Positions 23,911-38,600 of a stretch of 64,000 nucleotides of DNA are shown piece by piece (the first letter of the stretch is position 1; each line of letters opens with the position of its first letter). The DNA comes from Octopus sinensis (lineage: Eukaryota). The DNA lies in assembly GCF_006345805.1 (NCBI RefSeq), contig NC_042997.1, positions 24,552,001 to 24,616,000 on the forward strand, in the 5' to 3' direction. A program made the translations under genes and the position numbers. Below the pieces are notes generated by a model, which was not told the DNA's origin, ran no database searches, and saw nothing but the letters and a program-made list of their open reading frames with translations.

Positions 23911-24100
23911 TATGTGTACCCCAGCTGGACGGGACGACAGTCCATCGCAGCGTTACTCATTTTTGCCAGCTGAGTGGACTGGAGCAATGTGAAATGAAGT
24001 GTTTTGCTCAAGAACACAACGGGTCGCCTGGTCCAGGAGTCGAAACCGCAATATTACGATCATGGTGCTGGCACCCTAGCCACTAACCCACGCGCCTCCA
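23911..24100 (-). mobile_element. Family D SINE
   Basis: Reverse complement TGGAGGCGCGTGGGTTAGTGG...GGTTTCGACTCC...GTGTTCTTGAGCAAAACACTT. Confidence 0.85.
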
Positions 24101-24129
24101 ATCACACACACATATATAGATATATATAT

Positions 24130-24192
<63 letters not shown>

Positions 24193-24198
24193 ATATAT

Positions 24199-24237
<39 letters not shown>

Positions 24238-24363
24238 AACATACACACAAACAATACACATATACATATGTATATATGTATAGATAAATATGTTGCTAGA
24301 TAGATGGAAATAGATATTTATTTATACATATACACATGTATATATATTTACACACACACACAC

Positions 24364-24400
<37 letters not shown>

Positions 24401-24471
24401 AGGATATATGTATATGCTCACGTGTGTGTGTTTTTATACAAGTACGCGTGCGTTTGTGTATTAAATATGAT

Positions 24472-24861
24472 GTGGAGGCGCAATGGCCCAGTGGTTAGGG
24501 CAGCGGACTCGCGGTCATAGGATCGCGGTTTCGATTCCCAGACCGGGCGTTGTGAGTGTTTATTGAGCGAAAATACCTAAAAGCTCCACGAGGCTCCGGC
24601 AGGGGATGGTGGTGATCCCTGCTGTACTCTTTCACCACAACTTTCTCTCACTCTTACTTCCTGTTTCTGTTGTACCTGTATTTCAAGGGGCCGGCTTTGT
24701 CACTCTCTGTGTCACGCTGAATATCCCCGAGAACTACGTTAAGGGTACACGTGTCTGCGGCGTGCTCAGCCACTTACACGTTAATTTCACGGGCAGGCTG
24801 TTCCATTGATTCGGATCAACCGGAGCCCTCATCGTCGTAACCGACGGAGTGCTTCCACCAC
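24472..24861 (+). mobile_element. Family A SINE, full length
   Basis: 12-bp TSD ATTAAATATGAT at 24460-24471 and 24862-24873. Confidence 0.92.
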
Positions 24862-25868
24862 ATTAAATATGATTCTCAGTATTGAGAATAACATGGAAAT
24901 GAAAGTAAGAATGGGGTGTAACTATTAGTATGATGCTGAAAGCGAAATCAGAAAATAGAATAAGCTTTGACGTTTCAAGTTGTAATTCTGTCAAAGAATA
25001 CAGGAAATTATAGAGATGGAAGACTATTAAGATGGTTGCCTAATGCAACGGAAATTTTAGGAAATTTTACCGGTGAGTGTATTAAATTATAAGGCACAAA
25101 AAGAAAATGACTCTCCTCAGACACAACAGAATATGCTTCAACACACGAACTCACATAAAGAATCTTGCAAACCAAATCCCAAAGCAAAGAAACTTAAGTA
25201 ATAGAGAAAAGTCCCACTCTTGTCAAAAATGGCTGGTGGTCGAATGAAGGGAAAGGAAGGAGGTTTCAAACGTGCAGGATATGGCAGGTAACAGCGCTTC
25301 AGTGAGGATCCCCTCCTTGAAGTGATGCTGGTATAGGTAGCTCACTCATTCTACTACGCTGAGCTACAGTGATTGGTGCACCTATCAACTTCAGCTATAA
25401 AAATTCTTTTGTTATATTCCTTACTCATCAGCTATGCGAACCTTTTATGTATGACTACTCTGTGATATTTGTTTATTTTAACGTTTCGCAAACTGTGATA
25501 TGTGTTTGGTTCCATGATTAATTGTTTACTTTATTTTATTTTATTATTTCTATATATTTTTTTTCTTACAGAAGAATTCCGCACTTTCAAGCAACAAGAA
25601 CAGCTATACACGACATCAAATAAAGCGAAACAATAGTAAATGGGAAAAAAATTGTACAGAACACATTTGTGATATACAGAAATCCCTTGAACACATTTAA
25701 CAAACAAAATATAACAATACGGCATATATATTTGTACATGCATGCATATAATGTTTTTGCTAATGAACAGACACACTTGCACATAGGCACAAGTACTCAC
25801 AAGTATGAATATGTATACATACATACATATAATATATATATATATATATAATATATATACTATATATG

Positions 25869-25901
<33 letters not shown>

Positions 25902-25960
25902 CATATATATATACATATATATACATATATATTTGCATAGGTGCATATATATATATGGCA

Positions 25961-26000
<40 letters not shown>

Positions 26001-26129
26001 TATATAAACATATTTATTCATAGATTATATATTATATATATTACATATGAATACATAAACATATAGATAAATACATGCGTGTATAATACTTATATTTACA
26101 AGCGTATATAGATATGTATAGGTACATAA

Positions 26130-26166
<37 letters not shown>

Positions 26167-26449
26167 TACTCACACACACAACACACACATGCACGCCAAC
26201 ACACATTTGTCAAAAGAGACGCATATTTATGGAGGCGAATTGTTAGAACGTTGTCAAAGTGTTGGGTAGGAGGTATCGTGAAATTTACTGCGACCCACTG
26301 CAGTCCGAGTTCAAATCCAACCTAGGCCAATATTAAATATCTGATACAATTGTACTGTCCAAATAGGTAATTTGCTAGCCTGGCTTGTACGTTAAACTAG
26401 ATGACTTTTTGAATGTGTTTTAGCTCCATGTATAATGAATTAAAAGTCC

Positions 26450-26621
26450 AACCAGTTACCAAGCGGTGGCACAGTCTGAGTTGCAACCGAACAATAGTTT
26501 CAGCAAATTATAAAAAATCGTCGCAAAGGTAGTTTTATTTGCTCGGTCAGAAGATTGACTGCCACTACACAGATTAAATATATACAAAATACACATACTC
26601 TACATGTATTTGTAAAGATGT
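26450..26621 (+). repeat. Old dispersed or local duplicate of 31165-31338
   Basis: GTGGCACAGTCTGAGTT...GAACAATAGTTTCAGCAA...GACTGCCACTACA...TGTAAAGATGT shared, roughly 80% by eye. Confidence 0.8.
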
Positions 26622-26713
26622 GTCAGGGCATGCAAGCATCCATATATGTAAACACACCCACAAAAGAAATACACAATTGTACACATTCATATACATACAT
26701 GTATATGTCTGTC

Positions 26714-26751
<38 letters not shown>

Positions 26752-26752
<1 letters not shown>

Positions 26753-26963
26753 TCTTTTACTCTTTTACTTGTTTCAGTCATTTGACTGCGGCCATGCTGG
26801 AGCACCGCCTTTGGTCGAGCAACTCGACCCCGGGACTTATTCTTTTTGTAAGCCCAGTACTTATTCTATCGGTCTCTTTTTTCCGAACCGCTAGGTGACA
26901 GGGACATAAACACACCAGCATCGGTTGTCAAGCAATAATAGGGGGACAAACACAGGCACACAA

Positions 26964-26996
<33 letters not shown>

Positions 26997-27174
26997 ATAT
27001 ATACATATATACGACAGGCTTCTTTCAGTTTCCGTCTACCAAATCCACTCACAAGGTATTGGTCGGCCCGGGGCTATAGCAGAAGACACTTGCCCAAGTT
27101 GCCACGCAGTGGGACTGAACCCAGATCCATGTGGTTGGTTAGCAAGCTACTTACCACACAGCCACTCCTGCGCC
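26752..27174 (-). mobile_element. Family B SINE, full length
   Basis: Head, CORE-like segment, internal (CA)/(AT) tract and (GAGTAAAA)n tail. Confidence 0.92.
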
Positions 27175-27300
27175 TTATATATATTATAATTATTATCATT
27201 ATTATTAATACTATTATTGTGTGTGTGTTTGTGTGTGTGTCTGTGTGTGTGTGTGAGTATACAAAACAAGTGAGAAGATGGAGATAATATTAATAATAAA

Positions 27301-27426
27301 GGTAAGTGCGACGATATCCTGGGGGAGACTCTGGGCTACATTGAGGAGCAATTAACCAACCTGTTCAGAAGTACATTCGGGTCGAGGTATCTGGATAGCT
27401 TTCAGAAATCCTTGGCCTGGTTGTGC
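27301..27426 (+). mobile_element. L1/Tx1 ORF2 fragment
   Basis: GKCDDILGETLGYIEEQLTNLFRSTFGSRYLDSFQKSLAWLC aligns with the 9036 fragment. Confidence 0.7.
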
Positions 27427-28422
27427 TTAATAAACTTCTAAGCGTGAGCATATACAATTATAACCTATACTCATTAACTTTAACATTAATTTATATAATC
27501 TTAAGTTCTTATTCATTTTAGGTTACTTTTTACCTTAGGTATTAATTTCGCACAAAACATTTTAGCACGTCTTTTGCCTATAATTAATAACTTAATTTTG
27601 TGTATATAAGCTCGTTGCCTTATTTTTATGTTTATACATGCAGAAAAACAAATTTTCACTTGTCTACTCAATAATCTGTTCAATGCTGTTCGTTATTTTA
27701 TTATTTTACTTTATTTTAGACTTCTTGCATTTTTATTTCATCGCTATTATATTTATATTACACTATAATGCATCTAAAAGAAAGCACTTTTATTAGTTCA
27801 TTATAATATTAATCTAAATACTGTTTATCTATAATATTAATACCTATTTGTAATATACTGCTATTACATTCTTATAAACACTTTCACAATTCCTTTTTTT
27901 CTAATTCTCTAGAGAAATATATTGTTTTAATACGATATCCTATTCTGTGTTTTTATTTATTTATTTTTTATAATAACTTTGATAAACATGCTACCTCTTC
28001 CCCCTTTGTAGGGTTCATACCATGTTTATTCTGTATAACATTTATTCGTTAACTGTTTGGAACCGTACGCTTAACACACTAGAACATGAAAAAAAATGGC
28101 ATATCTCTAGCCACCTCCAGTTATATTCAGCTTTAAAATGTTTTTAATTATACTAATTTATTTCTAAAACAACTGAATGGAAACAGCTGTCAGAGATGAT
28201 GTCCTATTTTATAATTAATAAATAATTATTAATTGAATTATCCCTCTACTTCCTTATTTTCTTATATATGTATATATATATACAGATGAACGGCTAGGGA
28301 AAGTCAGAGTAACAGGTTTTGTTGAATTTTCTGCTGCTTTAAATAAAGCCTATTACTCTACCGCTGGTATTTGAGTACTCTTTTTCCACTTTGTTTCACA
28401 TTTGTGTTTGCTCCAGTGTATA

Positions 28423-28469
<47 letters not shown>

Positions 28470-28495
28470 ATATATATATATATTATATATATATG

Positions 28496-28526
<31 letters not shown>

Positions 28527-29070
28527 TATCTATATATATATATGTATGTATATATATCTATATATATGTGTGTGTATATGTATATATATGTGTATATATA
28601 TATATGTTTATGTTATATATGTATATATATATAATATATATATTATATATATATATTATATACAAAAATATAAGGCTAGGCAGGGTTAATAAACTAAATA
28701 ATAACATTCTTAATAAATAGGAATACAAAGGGAGAATATATGAAGATTAAGGGAAAATAGAAAGTAGAAATAATTGTGATGAAATGAGCTTCCATAGATT
28801 CGGATAGAAGAAAAGAAAAACTAGACTCGGAGAGCACAACAAAGATATACGATAAATTAAGCGAAGTTTGGTATAAAATATTATAGAATATAATTAATGA
28901 ATGAAACTAATATCATATGTACTATTTAAATGTCAATTATACAAATCTATATATTCATATGTACTAATTATCCTGCAAGAACACATACAAGCGCTTATAT
29001 TCGTATATATAAAAATATATATGCACAAACGATCAGACACGCATACATATATACATTCTTATACATACGT

Positions 29071-29470
29071 AGGCGCAGGAGTGGGTGTGTGGTAAGTAGC
29101 TTGCCTACCAACCACATGATTCCGGGTTCAGTCCCATTGCGTGGCACCTTGGGCAAGTGTCTTCTACTATAGCCTAGGGCCGACCAATGCCTTGTGAGTG
29201 GATTTGGAAACTGAAAGAAGCCCGTCGTATATATGCATATATATGTATGTGCGTGTATGTTTGTGTGTCTGTGTTTGTCCCCCTAGCATTGCTTGACAAT
29301 CGATGCTGGTGTGTTTATGTCCCCGTCACTTAGCGGTTCGGCAAAAAAGACCGATAGAATAAGTACTGGGCTTACAAAGAATAAGTCCCGGGGTCGAGTT
29401 GCTCGATTAAAGGCGGTGCTCCAGCATGGCCACAGTCAAAATGACTGAAACAAGTAAAAGAGTAAAAGAG
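29071..29470 (+). mobile_element. Family B SINE, full length
   Basis: All B segments present. Confidence 0.92.
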
Positions 29471-30364
29471 TATACACATGAATACACATATGCACAGATA
29501 CACACCTACACAAATATCGATCATAGAAGAAAAGCAAAAAGAAAACATTATAAATATAATAAAGGTATTTGATCTATTTAAAATAGGTTATGTATTATGT
29601 ACGTATATATATGTGCATGTGTATGTGTGTGTATATATGTGCGCATGCGTATGTGTGAAACGAAAATAGCTACAGACACACTAATACCAGGTTGTTATGC
29701 TCCTGGTTGTGTTGAACCAGAAAGAAAAGACAAGAAACATTTTTTCCCTGAAATCTAAAAAACAAAATGGAAGGCAAGATGGCCATTACTTGAAAAAGTT
29801 TTCATCACATTTCCGCTTTATCAGACTGACTTGGGGCCAAAAACACCCGTAGCATAACAATATAAGTCAAGTAGGGTCTTTGATTCTCCTAAAGACTCTT
29901 CTATACGCAGGAGGATATACGAGCCGTGCATGTATCCTAGCGGCTCAGATATTGGTTACGGCTATATGAACGCTGCCATTATGTACATGCTATTTTATGA
30001 GGTATTTTGTTTTGATTTGCCCCACGTTGCTTTTGTTTTCCTTTCCATGCGATAGCATGCGATTGTTTATATTTTAGTTTGTTATTTATGTTTTCAACTT
30101 CCTGTGTGGTAAGTTTAACTAGCTATCTTAACATCAAAGGTATCTGTTAATTATATAATATGCGTTGACAAAATGGCGAATGGTTAAACCATTTTACAAT
30201 GCCCATGTTAAGACACATTTGGAACTGAAAATAAGATTGTAGACAGTTTTTCTAACTACGGATAACAGTTTGGCGCCATTAAGTGAATTAGAGCAAGAAC
30301 GATGAACACCGAACGATATACACATAAATATACATACATAGATGCATAAATACATCTCTCTCTT

Positions 30365-30458
<94 letters not shown>

Positions 30459-30570
30459 TATGTGTGTGTGTGTGCGTGCGTGCGTGAGTGTACATATATG
30501 CATGCATATATACATACTTATAAGCATACATGTATATATATATATATATGTATATCAATATGCATATATC

Positions 30571-30624
<54 letters not shown>

Positions 30625-30716
30625 ATATATATAATATATATTTATGTATACACATATATATATATATGTGTGTGTGTGTTTATATATTATATAATATATA
30701 TATACATACACATATA

Positions 30717-30748
<32 letters not shown>

Positions 30749-30768
30749 CATATATATAGTGAGAGATG

Positions 30769-30859
<91 letters not shown>

Positions 30860-31449
30860 CGTAACATGCATACGTACATAAACAAGGTAGAAACTTGAGA
30901 TTGAATGCTGTATAGTTTCTTGGAGAAGGCCTCTAAAAACAATAGCAAAAAGAAATCCATAAGCTGAAAATGGAAGAGAACAACAGCTTGAGTCTTGGAA
31001 GCATCAGCCTAGAAAGCATCCTGTTTTCGACGACCTTCCGTACATCCCCAAAACAGCCGGACTGACATCTCAAATAAGACCTGCCTGCGACACCCAAATA
31101 GCCCAAAACGAAATAAAAAAAATAAAAATAGGTTACCCATGGCTATATATTTTCTGAAAACTACAACCGGTTACAAAGCCGTGGCACAGTCTGAGTTTCA
31201 ATCGAACAATAGTTTCAGCAAGTTATAAAAATATTCATTGCAGACGTTGTTTTATTCGCTCGGTCTGAAGATCGACTGCCACTACAGAAACTAAACATGT
31301 ATAAGATATACTCACTCTACATGTGTTTGTAAAGATGTAAACTGAGAAAAGACAGCACTGGAATAAATATAGAGCTACTACCTCTGTTATAGAATATGTA
31401 CATAAACATAAAACCAAGGAATAATGGTGGAACATTCCAAGGAAACCTA

Positions 31450-31635
31450 GTATTGCTTGACAACCGATGCTGGTGTGTTTACGTCCCCGTCACTGAGCGG
31501 TTTGGCAAAAGGAGACCGATAGAATAAGTACTGGGCTTACAAAGAATAAGTCCCGGGGTCGATTTGCTCGACTAAAGGCGGTGCTCCAGCATGGCCGCAG
31601 TCAAATGACTGAAACAAGTAAAAGACAGTAAAAGA
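31450..31635 (+). mobile_element. Family B SINE, 3' half
   Basis: ATTGCTTGACAACCGATGCTGG through CCAGCATGGCCGCAGTCAAATGACTGAAAC. Confidence 0.88.
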
Positions 31636-32323
31636 GATATATATATATATAAACTATGGGTTTCTTTCAAACATACACCCCACACACATATATACATATC
31701 TATGTGTGTATGTAAGAGTATGCATGTGCGTGTGTGAGTGCGTGCATGTGTCTGTGTGTGTGTGCGTGTGTGTGCGTGCGAGCGTGTGTTTTCGAGCGTT
31801 TGTATACATATACATACCGGGTTACAACAGGAACGCAAGATTCGGATACCTTAAACTAAAGCCGAAAACAAAATTTGAGTCAGCCACTTGAGATTCACAT
31901 AATTATCTTACATCCGAATTCTACCTGAGGGTTTTTGTGACTTAGCAAAATTTTCAGTGCCAAATTGAGGCGTGAACGTCGCTATAGATAGCACTCAAAT
32001 TAGTCTTGTTTTGCAACTTAACTGTTTTCATCTCGCGTTGTGATTCGGTAATATTATTTTTCAATTGGTATTCTACCAGAATATAGGATATACCAAAACA
32101 TTCGAATTCCAGGCGTCTTTTTATTTGATATATTACCTCTTAAAATTCGTCAAAAATGCAATTGTGTATGCAAGTGTGAAGGTCTGTTTCTATATACATA
32201 CATATACACACACGCGCGCGAACACACACACACAAACACACACACACATATATATATATATATTTGTTTTAAACTATTTCTCTACATATAAATTTATATA
32301 TGCATACATGCATATATGCATAT

Positions 32324-32356
<33 letters not shown>

Positions 32357-32417
32357 ATATATATATATATATTATATATATATATATACGTATATATATA
32401 TAGTATACATATATATA

Positions 32418-32468
<51 letters not shown>

Positions 32469-32954
32469 GTATACATATATATATATATATATATATACAT
32501 ATACACGCACACATACATATAATTAATTTAAAAAATGGAGAAAAAACAACTATGCGAAAATGTGGTACATGCAGATTATTAATAGGACGCTCACCCAAGA
32601 GAAAGAAAGGTGGACAGGTAATCATATATACTATGAAATAGTTGATTTTTTTACTTACACTACAATGCAACACCCACCAAAAGACATACAAGAATAAACT
32701 CATACTGTTAATAAAACCCACATGTGCCAGAGAACGCCAAAATCCGACAGAAGAACACAACCTGCGCGGCACCAAACAACGCAATGCAAAAACTAATACA
32801 ACAGGAGACTCAAACCAAACCCCATGGCAAAACATTACAATACAATATCCCCCATCCCCCAAAAATGCAGCACACACCACCCACCAGCACAAAGGTGCAA
32901 CAAATGATGCAATAGAAAGTTGCCTGAAACATTCAGATGTCGAAAAAATAATAG

Positions 32955-35127
32955 TGGCGATGACAATGGTGAAGAACGTCACCTTACCTCAGATTATGAG
33001 AGAGAGGAGTTAACGAAGAACTCTGGTTGTAATAGCGAAAATGAAGCTGCAACATTAAGGGAAGGTCTTAATGTGGCTCAGTAAAGATGCAGACTGGCCA
33101 GCTGTTATCCTAATACAGCACCAGCAGATAATAGAGAAAGGAGGAGGAAATGGACCAGATAAGAAAACAGGATAGTCACGCAGTGCTTCTTAGAAAGTGA
33201 ACCCAAAATCAGGGGCTATAGAAACGGATGTTAACATTTTGGATAGACAACGGTATGTTTAAAGTGACTGAACAGAGATTAGTTGCTCGAGCTAATGCTA
33301 ATACGAGAAGAAAGTGGATGACAGAATTGGAGGTAGAGGAGATCACAAGAGAACTGGGAAAGAAAGACCAAGCAGTAGGAAAGACAAAGAACAACATAAG
33401 AGATACAGCTCAAAACAAGGAAGAACCTAGAGGAAAAAATAATAATAATGCTACCAATAAGGAAGGGATAACTGGCACCAACGACTTAAGTGAGTTAAGT
33501 GAGGAAGATCAGAAGATTTTAGATGAGTTGCAGGATGTAATGAGTAAAGAAGTAAGAAAAGATTTCCGGCATTAAAAGACACGAACGGAAGGAAGTTGCT
33601 AGAAATTACTAGGAAATTAGAAATGACTAGGAAAGTAGTATATAAGAAGGATATATATATTAAAGATATAGGAGATACCAACTTATTGATCTATGCAGGA
33701 GGGCTAGTAGTCACTAGAAGATTAGATATCTCACAGGGAAAGACAAAACAGAGCAAACGTGGAAAAGGAGACTACAAAATAAAGTGAAGACTCTAAGACA
33801 AGTTCTAAGTAGAATAGAAACCTGGAAACTGAACAAATTAGGAAACACATGCAAATCTTCCCTCGAGATGATTTTTCTCGAGAAAAAGATGCAAATCTTC
33901 CCTCGAGAAAAGATACTTAGTCAAAGAGAAAGTATTTGGGACAATAGTAGAAAAGATGAAACAATATCACAGCAGTAGCAGGCAAGCTATCAGATATCAG
34001 AAAAAATAGATCAGTATCAACAGAAGAGATAATTTGGGACAGACCAGAGGAGCTTTATAACCAAATATATAGTGAAGAACAAAGTACTGAAGATGAGAAG
34101 TAAAATGGAAAGGAAGTTAGAAAGTTCTGGAGTAATATTTGGAATAAGTCAGTCAATCGTAAGGGAGATGCAATATGGTTAAAGAATGTAAGAGAGGAAG
34201 TAGTGAGTGAGAAGCAGATCTAACATTATCTAGTGTATTAATAAATAAAGTGTAAGGGAAAATGTTGAATTGTAAGGAACCAGGACCAGATTTAGTTCAA
34301 GGGTACTGGCTAAAGAAATTCAGTAGTTTACATAGGTACTGAGGGAACAACTTCAAAATTGCATTAACGGAGGAAAAGTGGAAGAGAGAGACAGCAAGTT
34401 TGTTTGTAGGTGCACAAGATCAAGCATGAGGAGCTAATTGGATAAAAGTCTAGATAGACAAAAACCAAGTAGATTCTCATTGCAGATTATGCAAATCAAA
34501 AGAGGAAAGCGTTACTCATATAGTGAGTGAATGTTGCATGCTGGCACAGAAAGAATACAAGAAAAGACGTGACATTCCAGGGAGAGTAATCCACTAGGAA
34601 TCATGCAGAAATCTAGGATTTGAACATACTGATAAATGGTATGAACATGAACCTAGTAAAGTACTTGAAAGTTAGAAATATAAAATGTTGTGGGGCTTTG
34701 ACATTCAGACTGACAGAGTAATAGAAGCTAAAAGGCCTGAATTGGTAGTAGTAGTAGATAAAGAGGATAGAGAGTGCTAGGTAATTGACTTTGCAGTCCA
34801 AAAATGATGAAAAATTTAATATGAGAATTATAGAAAAAATAGCAAAGTACCAGGACATAGCTATTGAAATACATACAGAGATCATGGAAAGTGCGGGTAA
34901 AATGTATCCCAGTTGTTATAGGTGCAGTGGGAACTATCCCTAAAGATCTGAACAGATGGATAGAGGAAATAGGCATCAAATCCAGTTTAGTACAGCTCCA
35001 GAAAACAGTATTATTAGACCGAGCTAGGATACTTAGGAGGGTTCTTGGCATCTAAGGTTACTTGTTGTAGCCCGATATTAGGATTGTTTTTCTTTTCCAA
35101 CAGTCTAATCCGTTGAGTGTACATGAA
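32955..35127 (+). mobile_element. R4/Dong-clade non-LTR retrotransposon, decayed, RT core deleted
   Basis: N-terminal RRRKWTR...GYR...FWIDNGMFKVTEQRL; FWSNIW; GPDLVQGYWLKKF; then AQDQA, CRLC...ESVTHIVSEC, KRPELVVV, KYQD and PVVIGAVGTIPKDL...ARILRRVLGI. The 5' limit is approximate. Confidence 0.85.
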
Positions 35128-35197
<70 letters not shown>

Positions 35198-35228
35198 TTA
35201 CCACTACTACTACTACTACTACTATTCT

Positions 35229-35284
<56 letters not shown>

Positions 35285-35292
35285 ATAATAAT

Positions 35293-35324
<32 letters not shown>

Positions 35325-35344
35325 TTTTTAAAATATTTTTTAAA

Positions 35345-35412
<68 letters not shown>
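35128..35412. repeat. (CTA)n then (TAA)n tract at the R4/Dong 3' end
   Basis: Read directly from sequence. Confidence 0.95.
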
Positions 35413-35415
<3 letters not shown>

Positions 35416-35594
35416 CCCATTTTCTATAAGCACAAGGCTTAAAATCTGGTGGTGTTGGGGTAGTTGTTGATCACATAGAGACCAGAGTTCAACAGTTACT
35501 TATTTTATCGACTCCGAAAGAATGAAAGACGAAATCGAATAACAAGAACAAGATCAACAACAATGAGAACGACGACGACGATGATGATTATGAC

Positions 35595-35635
<41 letters not shown>

Positions 35636-35865
35636 CGACGACAACAGCAATAACAACGATCGTAATTAAGCTAAAAAAAAAGTGACCGAATTAGTATGTA
35701 GTAATAATTAATAAATAGCAATCATTAGAATTCTTCGCTTGTTGACCAATTGTGCTAATGGAATTAGAGTAGCATAGAGGAAGTTCGCTCGATTGACTCG
35801 AAGTGAAAGTATGTCTGGCAGCAAAAATTCTATATTGATATAATTCATATCCATACATACATACA

Positions 35866-35898
<33 letters not shown>

Positions 35899-35962
35899 GT
35901 GTGTGTGATTATATACGTATGTATGTATGTCTCTATTTATCTATATATTTATCTATACACAC

Positions 35963-36028
<66 letters not shown>

Positions 36029-36029
<1 letters not shown>

Positions 36030-36278
36030 TGGAGGCGCGTGGCTTAGTGGTTAGGGTGTCAGCATCATGATCGTAAGATTGTGGTTTCGATTCCTGGACC
36101 GAGCGACACGTTGTGTTCTTGAGCAATACACTTAGTTTCACGTTGCTCCAGTCCACTCAGCTGACAAAAATGAGTAACGCTGCGATGGACTGGCGTTCCA
36201 TCCAGTTGGGGGGAACACATATGCCACAGAAACCGGGAAACTGGCCCCATGAGCCTGGCTAGGCTTTAAAAGGGCGCG
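36029..36278 (+). mobile_element. Family D SINE, full length
   Basis: A-box TGGCTTAGTGG, B-box GGTTTCGATTCC, CORE-like GTGTTCTTGAGCAA, tail GAAACCGGGAAACTGGCCCCATGAG. Confidence 0.88.
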
Positions 36279-36879
36279 TGAATAAATAATATATATATAT
36301 ATCTCAAAACAATTAGATACATACATATATACATATGTACATACAGAGACACGGGCACGCTGACACACTGATAGATATATATATATGGGTTTATAAAAAT
36401 TTCTCAATACATAAATTACTACTGTTTTTTCATTTACATTTTACACGTGAACTTTCTTAAAACCAAAGTGTTTCACGATACCGAGCATTTAAACGACTGA
36501 GGTACGACAAAAGGATAAATAATAAGTACCCTTCTAGGTTTCATTAGTTGATGAAAATATGTTATTTAATACAATACACATTAATTTATTCAGTAAATTT
36601 ATTCATGACTCAGTAAATATTTTTTCTAAAATGGTCTTCGAAATATACCCCAGTCTGAAATAAACAGATGCGTGTATGCTTGTCCACGTGCGTGCGCGAA
36701 TGTCTATTTCTGCATTTTATTTCTTTTTGATAATAGATAATTATTTAATATGCATATTTTGGTACCAAAATTCTTGTATAATTATGTATAATTATGCATT
36801 ATCACACGTCTAGTGTCCCCTTCATAAAACTCTTTGTACTGGATGAATCGTTTTTAGACCAGTTTTCAGTGGCTGCAAC

Positions 36880-38240
36880 TCAACAATGCACAGTGACACT
36901 TGTTTGGTGTTGAAGGTAAACGGCCACCTCTCAGAACTGGTTCATATCGCGCCCTGCATCCATCACAATCTATCATTTTCTGACTATCAAGCCTTTGCTA
37001 TAGAAGCTAGAAGTCTTGAGGTGGCATCCCGTTGAACTGGGATGCAGAAGAGCTGCATTGGCGTATGCAGGTAACATCACGGTCATGATGTTAGACACTA
37101 CATAAGTTCAGGTAATTGATTCGATTCTAAAGCAATGCAAAGCAATGTCAGGGGTATAGATAAATCTGAAAAAGTCATGGATCTTGCAGCGCGAACAGGA
37201 TAGTGGATCGATGAACAGACGGACCAGTGAAATTGCTCGAGTTCTGGTTTCGTACGGACCTCCATGTTGTCAGGAATCGGAACGTGGCTGGAAGAGGGGT
37301 GGCCAGTCTCACTCAGAAGTGGGCTGAAAGGAAGTCATCTCTGCAAGGTCTAGCAGAGGTGGTGATGTTTAAATCACCGACGTAATAACTTACCGATTGA
37401 TTGTTGTGCCTTAATCCAATCCACATTTGTGCAAACTGAACCCTTTACTTTTCCGCCTCCGATGGAAAGCACGAGTTGAGGCTGTTCATCTTTTGTCAAC
37501 ACCTTCTAGCAGGCTTAACACACTATGGCTTCTGACGCGCAGACATGTGGCTGTATCATTTTGAGAATTCCTTGGATAGAGGACTGGTGTGGTCTGGAAG
37601 CACTCCGTCGGTTACGACGACGAGGGTTCCGGATGATCCGATCAACGGAACAGCCTGCTCGTTAAATTAACGTGTAAGTGGCTGAGCACTCCACAGACAC
37701 GTGTACCCTTAACGTAGTTCTCGGGGATATTCAGCGTGACACAGAGAGTGACAAGGCCGGCCCTTTGAAATACAGGTACAACAGAAACAGGAAGTAAGAG
37801 TGAGAGAAAGTTGTGGTGAAAGAGTACAGCAGGGATCACCACCATCCCCTGCCGGAGCCTCGTGGAGCTTTAGGTGTTTTCGCTCAATAAACACTCACAA
37901 CGCCCGGTCTGGGAATCGAAACCGCGATGCTATGACCGCGAGTCCGCTGCCCTAACCACTGGGCCATTGCGCCTCCACGTTTGTAAGACACGCACTTCCG
38001 CAGCTCCTCATTTTGACGGAGCTGCTGTCCTGCGTCAAGTAAAGTCCAAGAATAGGCGCTTGACAACACCTAGATACAGACTGAAGTATGATACACATCG
38101 CTCACTACCAATCGAGCAATGCGGTCGGTGTAAGTTCTACGTTAGCAACCTACATAGAAATCTAGCGATGATGTTCTCGAGGAATGATGATGAACAAGCT
38201 GATGTGTTGCAGAAATTTTTGGAGAGACGAAACTTTTGGG
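36880..38240 (+). mobile_element. Decayed L1/Tx1 ORF2 (RT C-terminal half and post-RT region), interrupted by a family A SINE
   Basis: NGHLSE, AYAGNITV (YADD equivalent), TDGPVKLL, SLTQKWAERK.SLQG.AEV, VITYRLIVVP, FVRHALPQL and DDVLEE. Heavily disrupted; ends approximate. Confidence 0.72.
37595..37978 (-). mobile_element. Family A SINE, full length
   Basis: Reverse complement near-identical to 24472-24861. Confidence 0.92.
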
Positions 38241-38438
38241 AATGGATTAAAAATCCAGAAATTCTTAACATGACAGTGCTGCCAAGGAGCACTGAAATAC
38301 TATCTCAGTTCATCGTTTTATCTCCATCTCTCCTTTTTCCCCATCTTTCCTCATCTATCCTCACACAAATTGTAGACCGTCGTTGTGACGTCGTTGTGAT
38401 GTCCCCTTCATCTATGCCCCAGAAGTAAATAAAAGAAG

Positions 38439-38471
<33 letters not shown>

Positions 38472-38568
38472 CGATAATCATTATTACTGTTATTATAATC
38501 AATAGTAGCAACAGTAGTAGTAGTAGTAGTAGTTTTAGTGGTAGTAAAGTTGGTGAGGGAGTGACAAC

Positions 38569-38600
<32 letters not shown>

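Noticed and set aside
32269-32982. 237-aa hydrophobic minus-strand ORF
   Set aside because: It ends in an (AT)n translation and has no recognisable domain; it may be a LINE UTR, but I could not support a clade.
37270-37590. Minus-strand APE endonuclease-like reading (VGDLNI)
   Set aside because: The plus strand continues the Tx1 post-RT motifs far better.
37874-38428. 184-aa ORF
   Set aside because: It runs from an antisense SINE into an off-frame Tx1 remnant.
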